Source of the DNA: a virus
Taxonomy: Duplodnaviria; Caudoviricetes
IMG/VR virus record: IMGVR_UViG_3300036855_000054
Location: 33,058-97,057 of that record
Direction: 5' to 3' (one strand)
DNA: 64,000 nucleotides
The notes beneath the pieces are model-generated. The model was given only the letters and a program-made list of their open reading frames with translations, was not told the DNA's origin and did no database searches. The position numbers were made by a program, and so were the translations under genes. This document shows, piece after piece, positions 1 to 8,808 of the stretch. Every line of letters starts with the position of its first letter. Position 1 is the first letter of the stretch.

Positions 1-194
1 AGGGTGCACTGCCCGGCGGTGGCCTGGTCCAGCTCGTACTGACGGCCCCGGTCGGTCGAAATGGACTGCACCTGCAGTTTGCGGTACGGGGCGTTGATGG
101 AGCGCCGGTTGCTGCCGGGCGTGTTGGGTGGCCCTTGGGTGAAGTCGATCTCGATGCCGACGAGGGGGTGCGCCGGGTTCGGCAGCGTCGTCAC
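1..194 (-). CDS. Minor tail protein, 5' part (runs off window)
   Basis: Manual translation MTTLPNPAHPLVGIEIDFTQG...STDRGRQYELDQATAGQCT; RGRQYELD motif typical of actinophage post-tape-measure tail proteins; directly downstream of tape measure. Confidence 0.75.
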   Translation of the reverse strand, partial: MTTLPNPAHPLVGIEIDFTQGPPNTPGSNRRSINAPYRKLQVQSISTDRGRQYELDQATAGQCT

Positions 195-209
195 CGGCTC
201 ACCCCCCGG

Positions 210-3200
210 TCAGGCGAAGCTGTAGGCGATGCCCGCGTTGCCGTTGCGGATGTCGTGGCGCAGCAGCTGGGTTTGCAGCTCCTTCACCAGGTCCTGGGTG
301 GTCCACACGTTGCCCTGCACCACCACCTGCAGGGTGCCGCCCTGACCGCCGGAGGTGGTGATCGTCGACCCGGCCAGCGCGGAACCGGTGATGGACCCGG
401 TGAACCCGGACGCCCCGGTGAGGGCGCCGCTGACCCGGCTGGCCATGCTCGCCGCTGCCGCCACGGCCTGGTGAGCGTAGGAGTCGATGCCCTGCGCCAG
501 GCCCTGCGCCAGGAACATGCCAGCTTGTGCGGCCACGGTGGACGGGGAGTGGATGCCGAGGGCACCCTTGATGCCGTTCATCACGGAATTCGCCCAGCTG
601 ACGGCCTGGTTGTAGACCCACCCGGCCAGTTGCTGCACACCGTTCCAGAACCCGACGATCAGGTTGTATCCGGCGCTCTTCAGCCATTCCCCGGCCCCGG
701 CGAACATGCCGATGATGGTGCGCGGCAGGCCGCCGACGAAGCCGAGGAACCCGTTCCACAGGCTGACCACGCCGTTCCACAAGCCCCGGACAATGTCGCC
801 GCCGATACCGGCCATCACCGTCGAGGGGGAGGCGATGCCGAGGCCCTGTTTGAAGCCGCGGATGAACCCGCCGATGAAGTCGGCGATGCCGTGGTAGATG
901 GTGCCGATAAACCCGGTGAACCCGTTCCACAGCCCGGACAGAATGTCCGACCCGGCCTGGTACAGCCACGACGGGGCGGCAGCAAAGAACCTCCCGATCT
1001 CTCCCGGTAATGCGACGAAGAACGCGATAGTGGCGTTGAAACCGGCGACGATGCCGTGCCACAGGCCGGTGAGCAGGTCCTGACCGGCGTGCAGCAGCCA
1101 CGTGCCGGCGTTGACGGTGAACTGCAGGAACCGGCCGTGCAGCGCCGCGAACCACGACATGGTGGCCTGGAATCCGGTGACGATGCCGTGCAGGAAGCCG
1201 TCGAGCATGCGGCGGCCGTCGGTGAGCAGCCAGACGTCGATGCCGACGAAGAACCGCTCGATCATTCCCGGCAGGTTGTGGAACCAGGTGGTGACTGCCG
1301 TGTATCCGGAGGTCACCCCGTCTATCAGGCCCCGGATGGCCCTGACACCGAAGTCGTACAGCGCCCGGGTCAGCTCCCCCAGCCCGCGGCCCAGGGCTTC
1401 GCCGAGTTGTGCCGGTGACATGGAGAACAGCGCTTTGGCCGCGTCGAACGCCACCCGGAACGGGGTGACGATCGCGTTCCCGATGCTGGAGAAGAAGTGC
1501 CTGACGTCGTCGACGGCTCGGCGTGCCCATTCGCCGATGGACAGAAAAAAGTGTTCGAACGCGCTGACGGACTTGCCGATGGCGGCCTGCGGGTTCGTGA
1601 AGCCGCCCACAAGGTCGTCCCAGGCGGTTTTCACGGCCCGCACCCCGGCGTCGAACGCGCCCTTGACGTCGTCCCACAGGCCGGTGAAGAAACTTTTCAC
1701 CGCACCCCAGTGGGTGATCAGCTCGTAGGCGGCGAACGCGAGCAGCGCGATCCCGGCGACCACGGCGGCGACGATCGCGATGAACGGGGCGAGTGCGATG
1801 TCCAGGACGGTAGCGGCGGTGGCGGCGGCGAACATGGACGCGGCCCAGCCCCAGAACGCGACGGTGAGCGCCACCATGGCGGCGACCACCACGGAGCCGA
1901 TGACGGTGGCCAGGATGGTCGCGGCGGTTTTGTGCTGCGCGAGCCACTGCGCGGCTGTGGCCAGCGCCCCGATCAGCGGGGTCACCACCGGCAGCAGTTT
2001 CTCCCCAATGCTGGTGGCCAGCGCCCCGAGCCCGTCCTTGGCCTCGGTGAGTTTCGTGTTGAACTGGGCCTGGATTTCCGCCCAGCCCTTGACGTGGCCG
2101 CCGGCTTCGGCGGTGGCGCCCGACACCACGTTGATCGCGTTGCTGGTGGTCTGGGTGTTCTCCCCGGTGAGCATCAGCGCGGTGTTCAACCCGGTGGCGT
2201 CACCCATCGCGGCCCGCAGCGCCCCCGTGTAGGACTGCATGACGTGCGCGCCGTCCATTTGAGTGGTGCCGATGACGTGAGTGGACCCGGCGAGCGCGGC
2301 GAACGAGGTGACTTGCTTGTCGCTGATCACGTTCATGCCTTTGGCGGCAGCCGTGAAGTCTTTCATCGACATGCTGCCGTCGAGGACCTTCGCGCCCAGG
2401 TCCTGCACAGACTTGGGCAGTCCCTTAAGTGCGTTGTTCAGATTCAGCACCACCTGGGTGGCGCTGGACCCCATGTTGTTCTGGATCGCGTGCGCGACTT
2501 CCTGGATGGTCCCGGACAGGCCCTTCGTGCCCAGGTCCGTGGACAGTTGCTGGGAGTTGATCCCCAGGATCGCGAGTTCTTTGGACTGCGCCTGGGTGGG
2601 CGCCGCCATGTGCCGGATGGTGTCGGACAGGTTCTGTGTGACCTGCTGCGCGCTCATGCCGTGCACCGTCATGCTGGCGAGGTCGCCGAGGATGTCGTTG
2701 AGGCTGACGTGGTTCGCGGAGGCCACCGGCAGTACCGCCGACATGGACGCCGCCAGCTGCTCGAACGTGGTTTTGCCTTGCGAGGTGGCGGCCACCAGTT
2801 TCGAGGTGACGTCCGCCGAGTCGGACGCCTTCAGGTGGTAGTCCTGCAGCACCGAGGTCACCGCGTCGGCCACCGTCACCAGGTCCGCGTTCTCGGTTTT
2901 GGCGCCTTCCGCGGCGGCCTGCAGCACCTTCAACCCGGCGGCGCCGTGCTGACCTCCGGACTCCACCGTGTACATGGCCTGCGCGAGTTCGGTGGTGGAA
3001 TACCCGACGGCCCCGGCCATCGACAGGATGCCGTCGCGGACCATCCCGATCTGCTGCTGGGATTCCCCTGCGGACGTGACCAGCCGCTCGGTGGCCATGT
3101 TGAAATCCCCGGCCATCTTCACGGTCTCCACCGCGGCGCCGATACCCGCGGCAGCGACCCCGATGAGCGCCGCCTTGGACATGCCCAGCTTGCCCAGGAA

Positions 3201-3647
3201 GCCGTCGGCTTTGGCGCTGCTACCAGTCCAAGCCTCACCGAGCGCCTTGTTGGACACCGCCGCCTTGTCCCCCGCGGCGGCCATCGCCGTCGACAGTTCG
3301 GCGGTGCGCGCCGCCATCGCCCCGTAGGAGGCTTCGACCTCAACGGACATGGCCTGCGCCGACGCCGCCACTTCCGCGAAAGAGGCTTTGATGCGGTCGT
3401 TCTCGGCCTGCATCTCCGTGGCGGCAGCGGTGGTTGCGCCCGTGTCGATCGCCGCGCCGCCCGCCGCCGCGCCCAGATCAGCACCGGCGCCCATGGAGGC
3501 CATGCGGGCGTCCAGTTCGGCCATGGCCGCGGTCTGGGACTCCACAAACGCCGTCATCCGGGCTTCGGCCTCGGTCAGCCCAGCGGTGTAACCGGCTACA
3601 TCAGCACCCAAGATCGCGATGAGCGGAGGCAAAAAATCGTCGGCCAC
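210..3647 (-). CDS. Tape measure protein
   Basis: 1145 aa, Ala/Gly-rich; TP901-like core (SQGKTTFEQLAASMSAVLP), hydrophobic stretch, W/F-periodic C-terminal repeats; position. Confidence 0.95.
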   Translation of the reverse strand: MADDFLPPLIAILGADVAGYTAGLTEAEARMTAFVESQTAAMAELDARMASMGAGADLGAAAGGAAIDTGATTAAATEMQAENDRIKASFAEVAASAQAMSVEVEASYGAMAARTAELSTAMAAAGDKAAVSNKALGEAWTGSSAKADGFLGKLGMSKAALIGVAAAGIGAAVETVKMAGDFNMATERLVTSAGESQQQIGMVRDGILSMAGAVGYSTTELAQAMYTVESGGQHGAAGLKVLQAAAEGAKTENADLVTVADAVTSVLQDYHLKASDSADVTSKLVAATSQGKTTFEQLAASMSAVLPVASANHVSLNDILGDLASMTVHGMSAQQVTQNLSDTIRHMAAPTQAQSKELAILGINSQQLSTDLGTKGLSGTIQEVAHAIQNNMGSSATQVVLNLNNALKGLPKSVQDLGAKVLDGSMSMKDFTAAAKGMNVISDKQVTSFAALAGSTHVIGTTQMDGAHVMQSYTGALRAAMGDATGLNTALMLTGENTQTTSNAINVVSGATAEAGGHVKGWAEIQAQFNTKLTEAKDGLGALATSIGEKLLPVVTPLIGALATAAQWLAQHKTAATILATVIGSVVVAAMVALTVAFWGWAASMFAAATAATVLDIALAPFIAIVAAVVAGIALLAFAAYELITHWGAVKSFFTGLWDDVKGAFDAGVRAVKTAWDDLVGGFTNPQAAIGKSVSAFEHFFLSIGEWARRAVDDVRHFFSSIGNAIVTPFRVAFDAAKALFSMSPAQLGEALGRGLGELTRALYDFGVRAIRGLIDGVTSGYTAVTTWFHNLPGMIERFFVGIDVWLLTDGRRMLDGFLHGIVTGFQATMSWFAALHGRFLQFTVNAGTWLLHAGQDLLTGLWHGIVAGFNATIAFFVALPGEIGRFFAAAPSWLYQAGSDILSGLWNGFTGFIGTIYHGIADFIGGFIRGFKQGLGIASPSTVMAGIGGDIVRGLWNGVVSLWNGFLGFVGGLPRTIIGMFAGAGEWLKSAGYNLIVGFWNGVQQLAGWVYNQAVSWANSVMNGIKGALGIHSPSTVAAQAGMFLAQGLAQGIDSYAHQAVAAAASMASRVSGALTGASGFTGSITGSALAGSTITTSGGQGGTLQVVVQGNVWTTQDLVKELQTQLLRHDIRNGNAGIAYSFA

Positions 3648-3685
3648 GGCTCACCCCCCGGGGTTTGTTGCCGTGACAGAACGGG

Positions 3686-4111
3686 TCAGCGGATGGTTGC
3701 CCACATGGCCCGGAAGATGGCCCCCACCTTGTGCCGGGCCTCCTGGAATGCCGGTTTCAAATACGGCCGGGCGGGAAGCCTCGCCCCGCGCCCCGCCGTG
3801 CCCCCGAGTTCTTGGATGCGGGCGTAGACCTTGGTGGGCCCAACCTTGGCCTCGAACCGGTCCAGGCCCACATGCGTCACCGGGGTGACCGTGACAGAGG
3901 ACTTCAACGCGCCCGTGATCATCGCCGGGGGCTCACCCGGGGAGGACGGGGTGGGGGTGCGCCGGGCGTGTTCCTTGAGCATCAGCTTGTCCACAGTGTC
4001 CCGAGCGACCTGCTCCGCCGCCGCCTTCACCGCCAGATCGGTCACCGCCCGAGCCGCCGCGATCCGCCCGGCGAGCGCGGCGTTGAACTCCGCCCCGCCC
4101 TGCATCGGCAT
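3686..4111 (-). CDS. HK97 gp10-like neck/tail completion protein
   Basis: SPGEPPAMITGALKSS, VGPTKVYARIQELGG, LPARPYLKPAF motifs; ATG at 4111 with RBS. Confidence 0.8.
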   Translation of the reverse strand: MPMQGGAEFNAALAGRIAAARAVTDLAVKAAAEQVARDTVDKLMLKEHARRTPTPSSPGEPPAMITGALKSSVTVTPVTHVGLDRFEAKVGPTKVYARIQELGGTAGRGARLPARPYLKPAFQEARHKVGAIFRAMWATIR

Positions 4112-4125
4112 GCCGCTTCCCCCTC

Positions 4126-4365
4126 TTACTTGCTGTCGATACGGCGCTGCTCCTCCTCGTGGCGCAGTGCAGCGATGTGCGGCGCCCGGGCCACGAACCA
4201 GGCGGGCATCGCCGCCACCTCCGCCGGGGTTTTGCCGTACTCGTGCAGCCACCACTCCAGCGCCATCACCCGCTCCCACAACTCCGGCTCACCCGGAGCT
4301 GGGGGCTTCCGGGGGGCGAGGCCCGCGAAACGCGCCGCTATGCGTTCGCGGGCGTGGTAGGGGAC
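4126..4365 (-). CDS. Tail assembly chaperone -1 frame extension (gpGT-like)
   Basis: Open -1 frame VPYHARERIAARFAG...WWLHEYGKTPAEVAAMPAWF...RRIDSK* overlapping the chaperone end. Confidence 0.7.
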   Translation of the reverse strand, partial: VPYHARERIAARFAGLAPRKPPAPGEPELWERVMALEWWLHEYGKTPAEVAAMPAWFVARAPHIAALRHEEEQRRIDSK

Positions 4366-4712
4366 CCCGGGTCCTCGAGCTGCTTATCCGACGGCTCGGC
4401 CGGGGTGGGGAACAGCAGTGCCCGGGCGGGCGCGAGGGCTTCCTCGAGCTTGTGGTTATCCGGCAGCCGCAGCTCGCGCAGTAGCTTCGGGTTGGCCACC
4501 GGCAGCGCATGCGGGTCGCTGAGGTACGGCACGTACCAGTCCTTGATCATCAGGAGCTTCAGCCCGGTGGTGAGGTCGTACGCGAAGTCGAACGGGCGCC
4601 CCTCGTCCGGTTTCGGCATCTGCCGCATCAGGTCTTCCTGGTCCCCGGCGATGATGGTCTCCGGGTCCCGTAGTTCCACCCACGCCCCGTCTGTGGGCAG
4701 GTCAACGCGCAT
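4338..4712 (-). CDS. Tail assembly chaperone
   Basis: 124 aa directly after tail tube gene, with overlapping -1 frame ORF. Confidence 0.75.
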   Translation of the reverse strand: MRVDLPTDGAWVELRDPETIIAGDQEDLMRQMPKPDEGRPFDFAYDLTTGLKLLMIKDWYVPYLSDPHALPVANPKLLRELRLPDNHKLEEALAPARALLFPTPAEPSDKQLEDPGSPTTPANA

Positions 4713-4724
4713 GCAGCCCTCCGA

Positions 4725-5987
4725 TCACAGGTAGGTGTTGGAGCCGAGGGCGTTGGTGATAGTCACCTTGCCGGGACTGCCGCCACCCGAGCCGCCGGCA
4801 TTGGTCACGTTGGCGAGGGCGTCGAAGGTGAGCTTGTAGCGGATGTTCGCCTTGCTGACGTCCATGGTGGCGGCGGCGAACGCGGCCTGCTGGCAGTCCA
4901 CCTGCACCTTGACGTCCGCGGCCCCGGCCTGCCCGTTGTCCAAGAGGAACTGGAACTGGGGCTGCGTGTTCTGCAACATGTAGTTCAGGCCGGACTCGTC
5001 GGCGGCGATGACCTCCAACTCCCCGGAGATGTCAAGCTCGCCGCGCTGGATGATGTACGGGGTCTGCACACCCGACACCGTGAAGTCCGGTTCCAGCTTC
5101 CGCTTGAAGCTGATCTTCCCGCTCGGGACGGCCTTCACCAGGGTTCCGCCCGTCGCCGGACCACCGAGACCGATCACACCCCGCCACGACGCGATGGGCA
5201 GCACCGCCGACGGGGCCGACACCGGCAGCGCCCCCGCCGCAGCCGACGGCCAGGACGTCCACTTGGAGGTCATCATGAGCAGTTCGGTCTCGGCGTTGAA
5301 CGTGAGTTCGAGGTCCGAGCAGCAGGAGCCCGCGAACACCCGCGCACCCACCGTCGGGGTCACCCCCGAGTAGTGCGTGACGGTGTGCGTCGGGGGCTGG
5401 CCCTGCTGGTAGGCGCCCGTCGCACCAGAGTTGAGCAGGGAGAACGCGTGCGTGAACGGGGCCACCACCCCGATCACCGCCACCGCCGAGGCGTGCGGAT
5501 AGGCCAGCGGCGCCGCACCCGCCGCAAGCGGGATCGTGTACGGGCCGGCGCCGGACGGGGTGCCCGTCTTGCGCACCTCGGCGAGGTTGCCGGTGTCGAT
5601 CAGGATGGTCGTCCCAGCGGTGATCGACACCGCCGTGGTGATCGACGTGGCCCCTGCGGTGGTCGACGCGGACAGCGTGGTCGTGGGGCTGCCCGTCGTC
5701 CCCGTCGGCACGCAGTCCCCGAACAGGTTCGCCAGGATGAACGGCAACGTGTCGCCGAACACGGGTCCGTCGAGGCTGAACTCGTTGACGATCGGACCTT
5801 GCTGGCGACCATAGATGCTGGTCATCCAGCCGCGCATGCCCTTGTCGTCCAGCCACTTAGGTTTGTCTTCCCAGGTGATTTTCTGGGGCAGCAGCGTGTT
5901 GGTCATCGCCAGCGGAGTCCCGGGGGTCGCCTCGAGGGCGATCCCCGCGAACTGCCGCATCGAGCTGTAGGTGGCGGTCTGCGCCAT
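4725..5987 (-). CDS. Major tail (tube) protein with inserted beta domain
   Basis: 420 aa; GIALEATPGTP N-terminus and RGELDISGELEV typical of tail tube proteins; position. Confidence 0.85.
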   Translation of the reverse strand: MAQTATYSSMRQFAGIALEATPGTPLAMTNTLLPQKITWEDKPKWLDDKGMRGWMTSIYGRQQGPIVNEFSLDGPVFGDTLPFILANLFGDCVPTGTTGSPTTTLSASTTAGATSITTAVSITAGTTILIDTGNLAEVRKTGTPSGAGPYTIPLAAGAAPLAYPHASAVAVIGVVAPFTHAFSLLNSGATGAYQQGQPPTHTVTHYSGVTPTVGARVFAGSCCSDLELTFNAETELLMMTSKWTSWPSAAAGALPVSAPSAVLPIASWRGVIGLGGPATGGTLVKAVPSGKISFKRKLEPDFTVSGVQTPYIIQRGELDISGELEVIAADESGLNYMLQNTQPQFQFLLDNGQAGAADVKVQVDCQQAAFAAATMDVSKANIRYKLTFDALANVTNAGGSGGGSPGKVTITNALGSNTYL

Positions 5988-5990
5988 GGC

Positions 5991-6230
5991 TCAGCCCTCC
6001 TTCGTGGTGGTGCCGGCGGGCTGGGCCGGTGCCCAGTGCTGATCCGGTGGGCCATCGGCGCCCCAGTCGACGACGTCGCCGGGCTGTACCCAGCGGGACA
6101 CGCGGTCCGGGGGCAGGTAGATAGCGGCGTACCCGCCGGTGAACGTGAACTCGGCGCACTGCTGCTCGACGAACGGTTCCGGGGCAGGCTTCGATGGCCC
6201 CGCCGAGGACGGGGCCTTGGGATCAGCCAT
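5991..6230 (-). CDS. Hypothetical protein (virion operon)
   Basis: 79 aa, RBS, tightly packed between neighbours. Confidence 0.6.
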   Translation of the reverse strand: MADPKAPSSAGPSKPAPEPFVEQQCAEFTFTGGYAAIYLPPDRVSRWVQPGDVVDWGADGPPDQHWAPAQPAGTTTKEG

Positions 6231-6242
6231 TGAGCGGGGCTC

Positions 6243-6788
6243 CTATGCGATCAGGTATTCATCAGCAGCAAAAGTGCAGCGCAGTAGCGCCTCGGTTTTC
6301 TCGGCGTGGCTCACCGGGTCACCCACCACCCAGCGGATACCGGGGGTGCCGCCCTCGCCGACCTGGAAACCGCCCGCCTCGATCCCCCCCGAACCGCAGG
6401 TTCGGTCGGCGTGGATGCGGGCCATGATGGCGTCCCGCAGCGCGTACTCGGCGTCCTGCACGTCCTCCGCATAAGCCGACTCGGAGCGGATCAGCACATC
6501 CATGGTCACGTCGTGGCGGACCCGTTTCAGCCCGTACAGGGACCCGCCGTACGCCTCCCGGATCTCGTCACCAGGGTTGAGCAGGACGTACATCATGCAG
6601 CCCGTCGGGGCGCCCACCTGGCCCAGATAGAAGTCGGCGTTGTCGAACCGTTTCGGGCGGCCACGGCGGACCACGCCCATCGCCAGGCCGGGCACGGACA
6701 ACTGCGGGGTCCGGTAAGTGCGGGTCTGCGGGTCGTATTCCCCGGAAAAATAGGTGCACAGGGTGTCGGCGACGGTGGCGGCGGTCAT
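6243..6788 (-). CDS. Putative tail terminator
   Basis: 181 aa between adaptor and tail tube; ends with LRDAIMARIHADRTCG motif. Confidence 0.6.
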   Translation of the reverse strand: MTAATVADTLCTYFSGEYDPQTRTYRTPQLSVPGLAMGVVRRGRPKRFDNADFYLGQVGAPTGCMMYVLLNPGDEIREAYGGSLYGLKRVRHDVTMDVLIRSESAYAEDVQDAEYALRDAIMARIHADRTCGSGGIEAGGFQVGEGGTPGIRWVVGDPVSHAEKTEALLRCTFAADEYLIA

Positions 6789-7678
6789 CAGAAAACTCGC
6801 CGGTACGGCTCGAGGAGGTGCTCGGCCTCAAATATCAACCCGGAGCCGTCCTTGCGACTATCAGCCAGCCGCGTGGAGATGCCACCCCGCATATCCGGGA
6901 ACGCATCCTCGGCCGACGAGTCGGGGCGCATGAGCAGCGCGATCGTGTACAGCGCAGAGGCCTCGAAAACGTCGTGCGGCATGACGCTGACCCGGGTCGG
7001 GGTGGTCGTGGTGTGCGCGCCGGCCAGGCCAGCCGTGAGCGGCAGAGACCCCGGGCCGGTGGCGGGTGCCCATGTGCTGGCCACGGTGACCGGCTCGTCC
7101 AGGCCGGGATCGAAGATCCGCAGCGCATCCCCGGGCTGGACGCCGGTGGTGTCACCAACAGGCAGGGACGTGGCACCCGCGATCACATCGCTGGTCAGCA
7201 GCGTGTTCGGGTACCCGGCGATGTAGGCGAGAGTTGCGTACGAGTCCCGCCCCGGTGGCGGGCCACCGAACTGCAGCGACCCTGACCATGAGGTGGTGGC
7301 CGCCGACAAGTCCAGCACGATCGTTCGACCGTCCTCGATGAACGCCGCAGGGGAGTTGTAGGTCGTGAGACTCCCGAGGGTCGGCCCGTACTGCAGGCTG
7401 CTCACCGACACGACAGGGATGTGGTCCGGATGCCACAGGATCCGGCCGTGCCGGTCCGGTCGGATCCGCTTGTTCTCCGTCCGTTGATGCGCGGTCAGGG
7501 TGCCCTCGGCGCCCATCTCCACATAGCTGTCTACCCACCGCGTAGACATCATCAGCAGCTTGTGCAGGATGGCGGTCTGATCAGCAGGCTGCAGGTCACC
7601 GCTTCGGAGCCCAAGAACATCCAGCAGCGTGGGGTATTCGATGAACTCGCCGGTGGTGCAGTAGGGGACGGTCAGCAC
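6788..7678 (-). CDS. Head-to-tail adaptor protein
   Basis: PYCTTGEF...LLMMSTRWVDSY, YIAGY, and HLLEPYRRVF C-terminus typical of gp6/gp15-like adaptors. Confidence 0.8.
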   Translation of the reverse strand: MLTVPYCTTGEFIEYPTLLDVLGLRSGDLQPADQTAILHKLLMMSTRWVDSYVEMGAEGTLTAHQRTENKRIRPDRHGRILWHPDHIPVVSVSSLQYGPTLGSLTTYNSPAAFIEDGRTIVLDLSAATTSWSGSLQFGGPPPGRDSYATLAYIAGYPNTLLTSDVIAGATSLPVGDTTGVQPGDALRIFDPGLDEPVTVASTWAPATGPGSLPLTAGLAGAHTTTTPTRVSVMPHDVFEASALYTIALLMRPDSSAEDAFPDMRGGISTRLADSRKDGSGLIFEAEHLLEPYRRVF

Positions 7679-7691
7679 GGCGCCCCCTCGG

Positions 7692-8120
7692 TCACTTCCT
7701 CTTCCGGCCCTTCAGCGCCGCGGACAGCTTCTGCCTCGTCGCCGACGACACGGCATGCCCCTTGTGTGGGTGCTTTTTTCCCTTGAGGGAGGCGCTGAGC
7801 TTGGCCCTCGCCGACGCGCTCATCAAATGCCCCCGGTGGGGATGGTGCTTACCGCGCAGCGCCGCGCTGATCTTGGCGCGGGTCGCGCTGCTCACCGCAT
7901 GCCCACGATGCGGATGCGACCGGCCCTTCAGCGCCGCCGATATGCGGGCACGGGCCTGAGCGGACATGGCGTGCCCGCGGTGCGGGTGCCGGCGCCCAAC
8001 CCGCGCGGCGCGGGCTGCTGCGGACTGGTGATACGGGCGGCGCGGCGCGTGTGACCCGCGATGCGGGTGCGGTTTCCCCCGCCTCGAGGAGGGGCTACGG
8101 CGAGCCGGGTGCCGTGCCAT
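7692..8120 (-). CDS. Highly basic NUMOD3-like repeat protein
   Basis: Four ~19-aa repeats HPH(R/K)GH-x-(M/V)S-xxx-RxK(I/L)SAxL(K/R)G plus an Arg/His-rich N-terminus. Confidence 0.7.
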   Translation of the reverse strand: MARHPARRSPSSRRGKPHPHRGSHAPRRPYHQSAAARAARVGRRHPHRGHAMSAQARARISAALKGRSHPHRGHAVSSATRAKISAALRGKHHPHRGHLMSASARAKLSASLKGKKHPHKGHAVSSATRQKLSAALKGRKRK

Positions 8121-8280
8121 GGCACACCCGCAGCCACCCGGCCGCCGGGTAGACCGCCACCTCCGCGTCCTGCCCGTCGGTGTCCAGCACGGTGAGGCAC
8201 TGGTGGTGCGCGTCCACCACCCAGTCCGTCGCAGTGGGGTACGTGTCGTCCCCGTCGGCGGTCCGGACGATCACCGCCAT
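8095..8280 (-). CDS. Hypothetical protein
   Basis: 61 aa MAVIVRTADG..., TGATG coupling, RBS GGAGG. Confidence 0.55.
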   Translation of the reverse strand: MAVIVRTADGDDTYPTATDWVVDAHHQCLTVLDTDGQDAEVAVYPAAGWLRVCHGTAPGSP

Positions 8281-8543
8281 CAGGTGGCCTCCTCCGGTAG
8301 TTCGCGGATCCACATGCCGTGGGTGCAGCCCACGACATGCCCGGCATCAGCGGGCCAGCCACCGGGGAAGTCCTCCGGGCACAGCGGGGGCTTCGATGCT
8401 GACGGGTTGTCCTTCACCGGGTAGATCGCGTTGTCCGGGCTGTTGGGGTCCTTCGCCGCAACCGGTTTCGCGGCGGGTTTGGTCGCGGGCTTCGCCACCG
8501 GCGCCTGGTGCTCAGGCTCGGTCGGCTTCTGCGCGGCAGGCAT
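8280..8543 (-). CDS. Hypothetical protein
   Basis: 87 aa MPAAQKP..., Pro/Lys/Ala linker then Cys/His motif. Confidence 0.55.
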   Translation of the reverse strand: MPAAQKPTEPEHQAPVAKPATKPAAKPVAAKDPNSPDNAIYPVKDNPSASKPPLCPEDFPGGWPADAGHVVGCTHGMWIRELPEEAT

Positions 8544-8805
8544 CGTGGGGTTCCTCTCGGTGGCATGAGGCGCCGCAGCGCCCGCAGGTCGTGAAGTAGG
8601 CGACGAAACCGCAGGACCCGCACCGGTAGCCCCCGGCTGGCTGGCCACCCAGGTTGACCGGGAACGCCCCCAGATCCCGGAGGGCCTTCTCATGCTGCGG
8701 ATTGGTGACCTCGACGATGCGGCCCTGATAGTTGGTGGTGCGGCCGGTGCGGGCGCCCTCGACCTGGACGCCCGTCACCGCACCGTCAGGCATGGCCAGC
8801 CGCAC
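8512..8805 (-). CDS. Small zinc-ribbon protein
   Basis: CGSC...CGRC motifs; immediately downstream of capsid gene. Confidence 0.6.
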   Translation of the reverse strand: MRLAMPDGAVTGVQVEGARTGRTTNYQGRIVEVTNPQHEKALRDLGAFPVNLGGQPAGGYRCGSCGFVAYFTTCGRCGASCHREEPHDACRAEADRA

Positions 8806-8808
8806 TGG

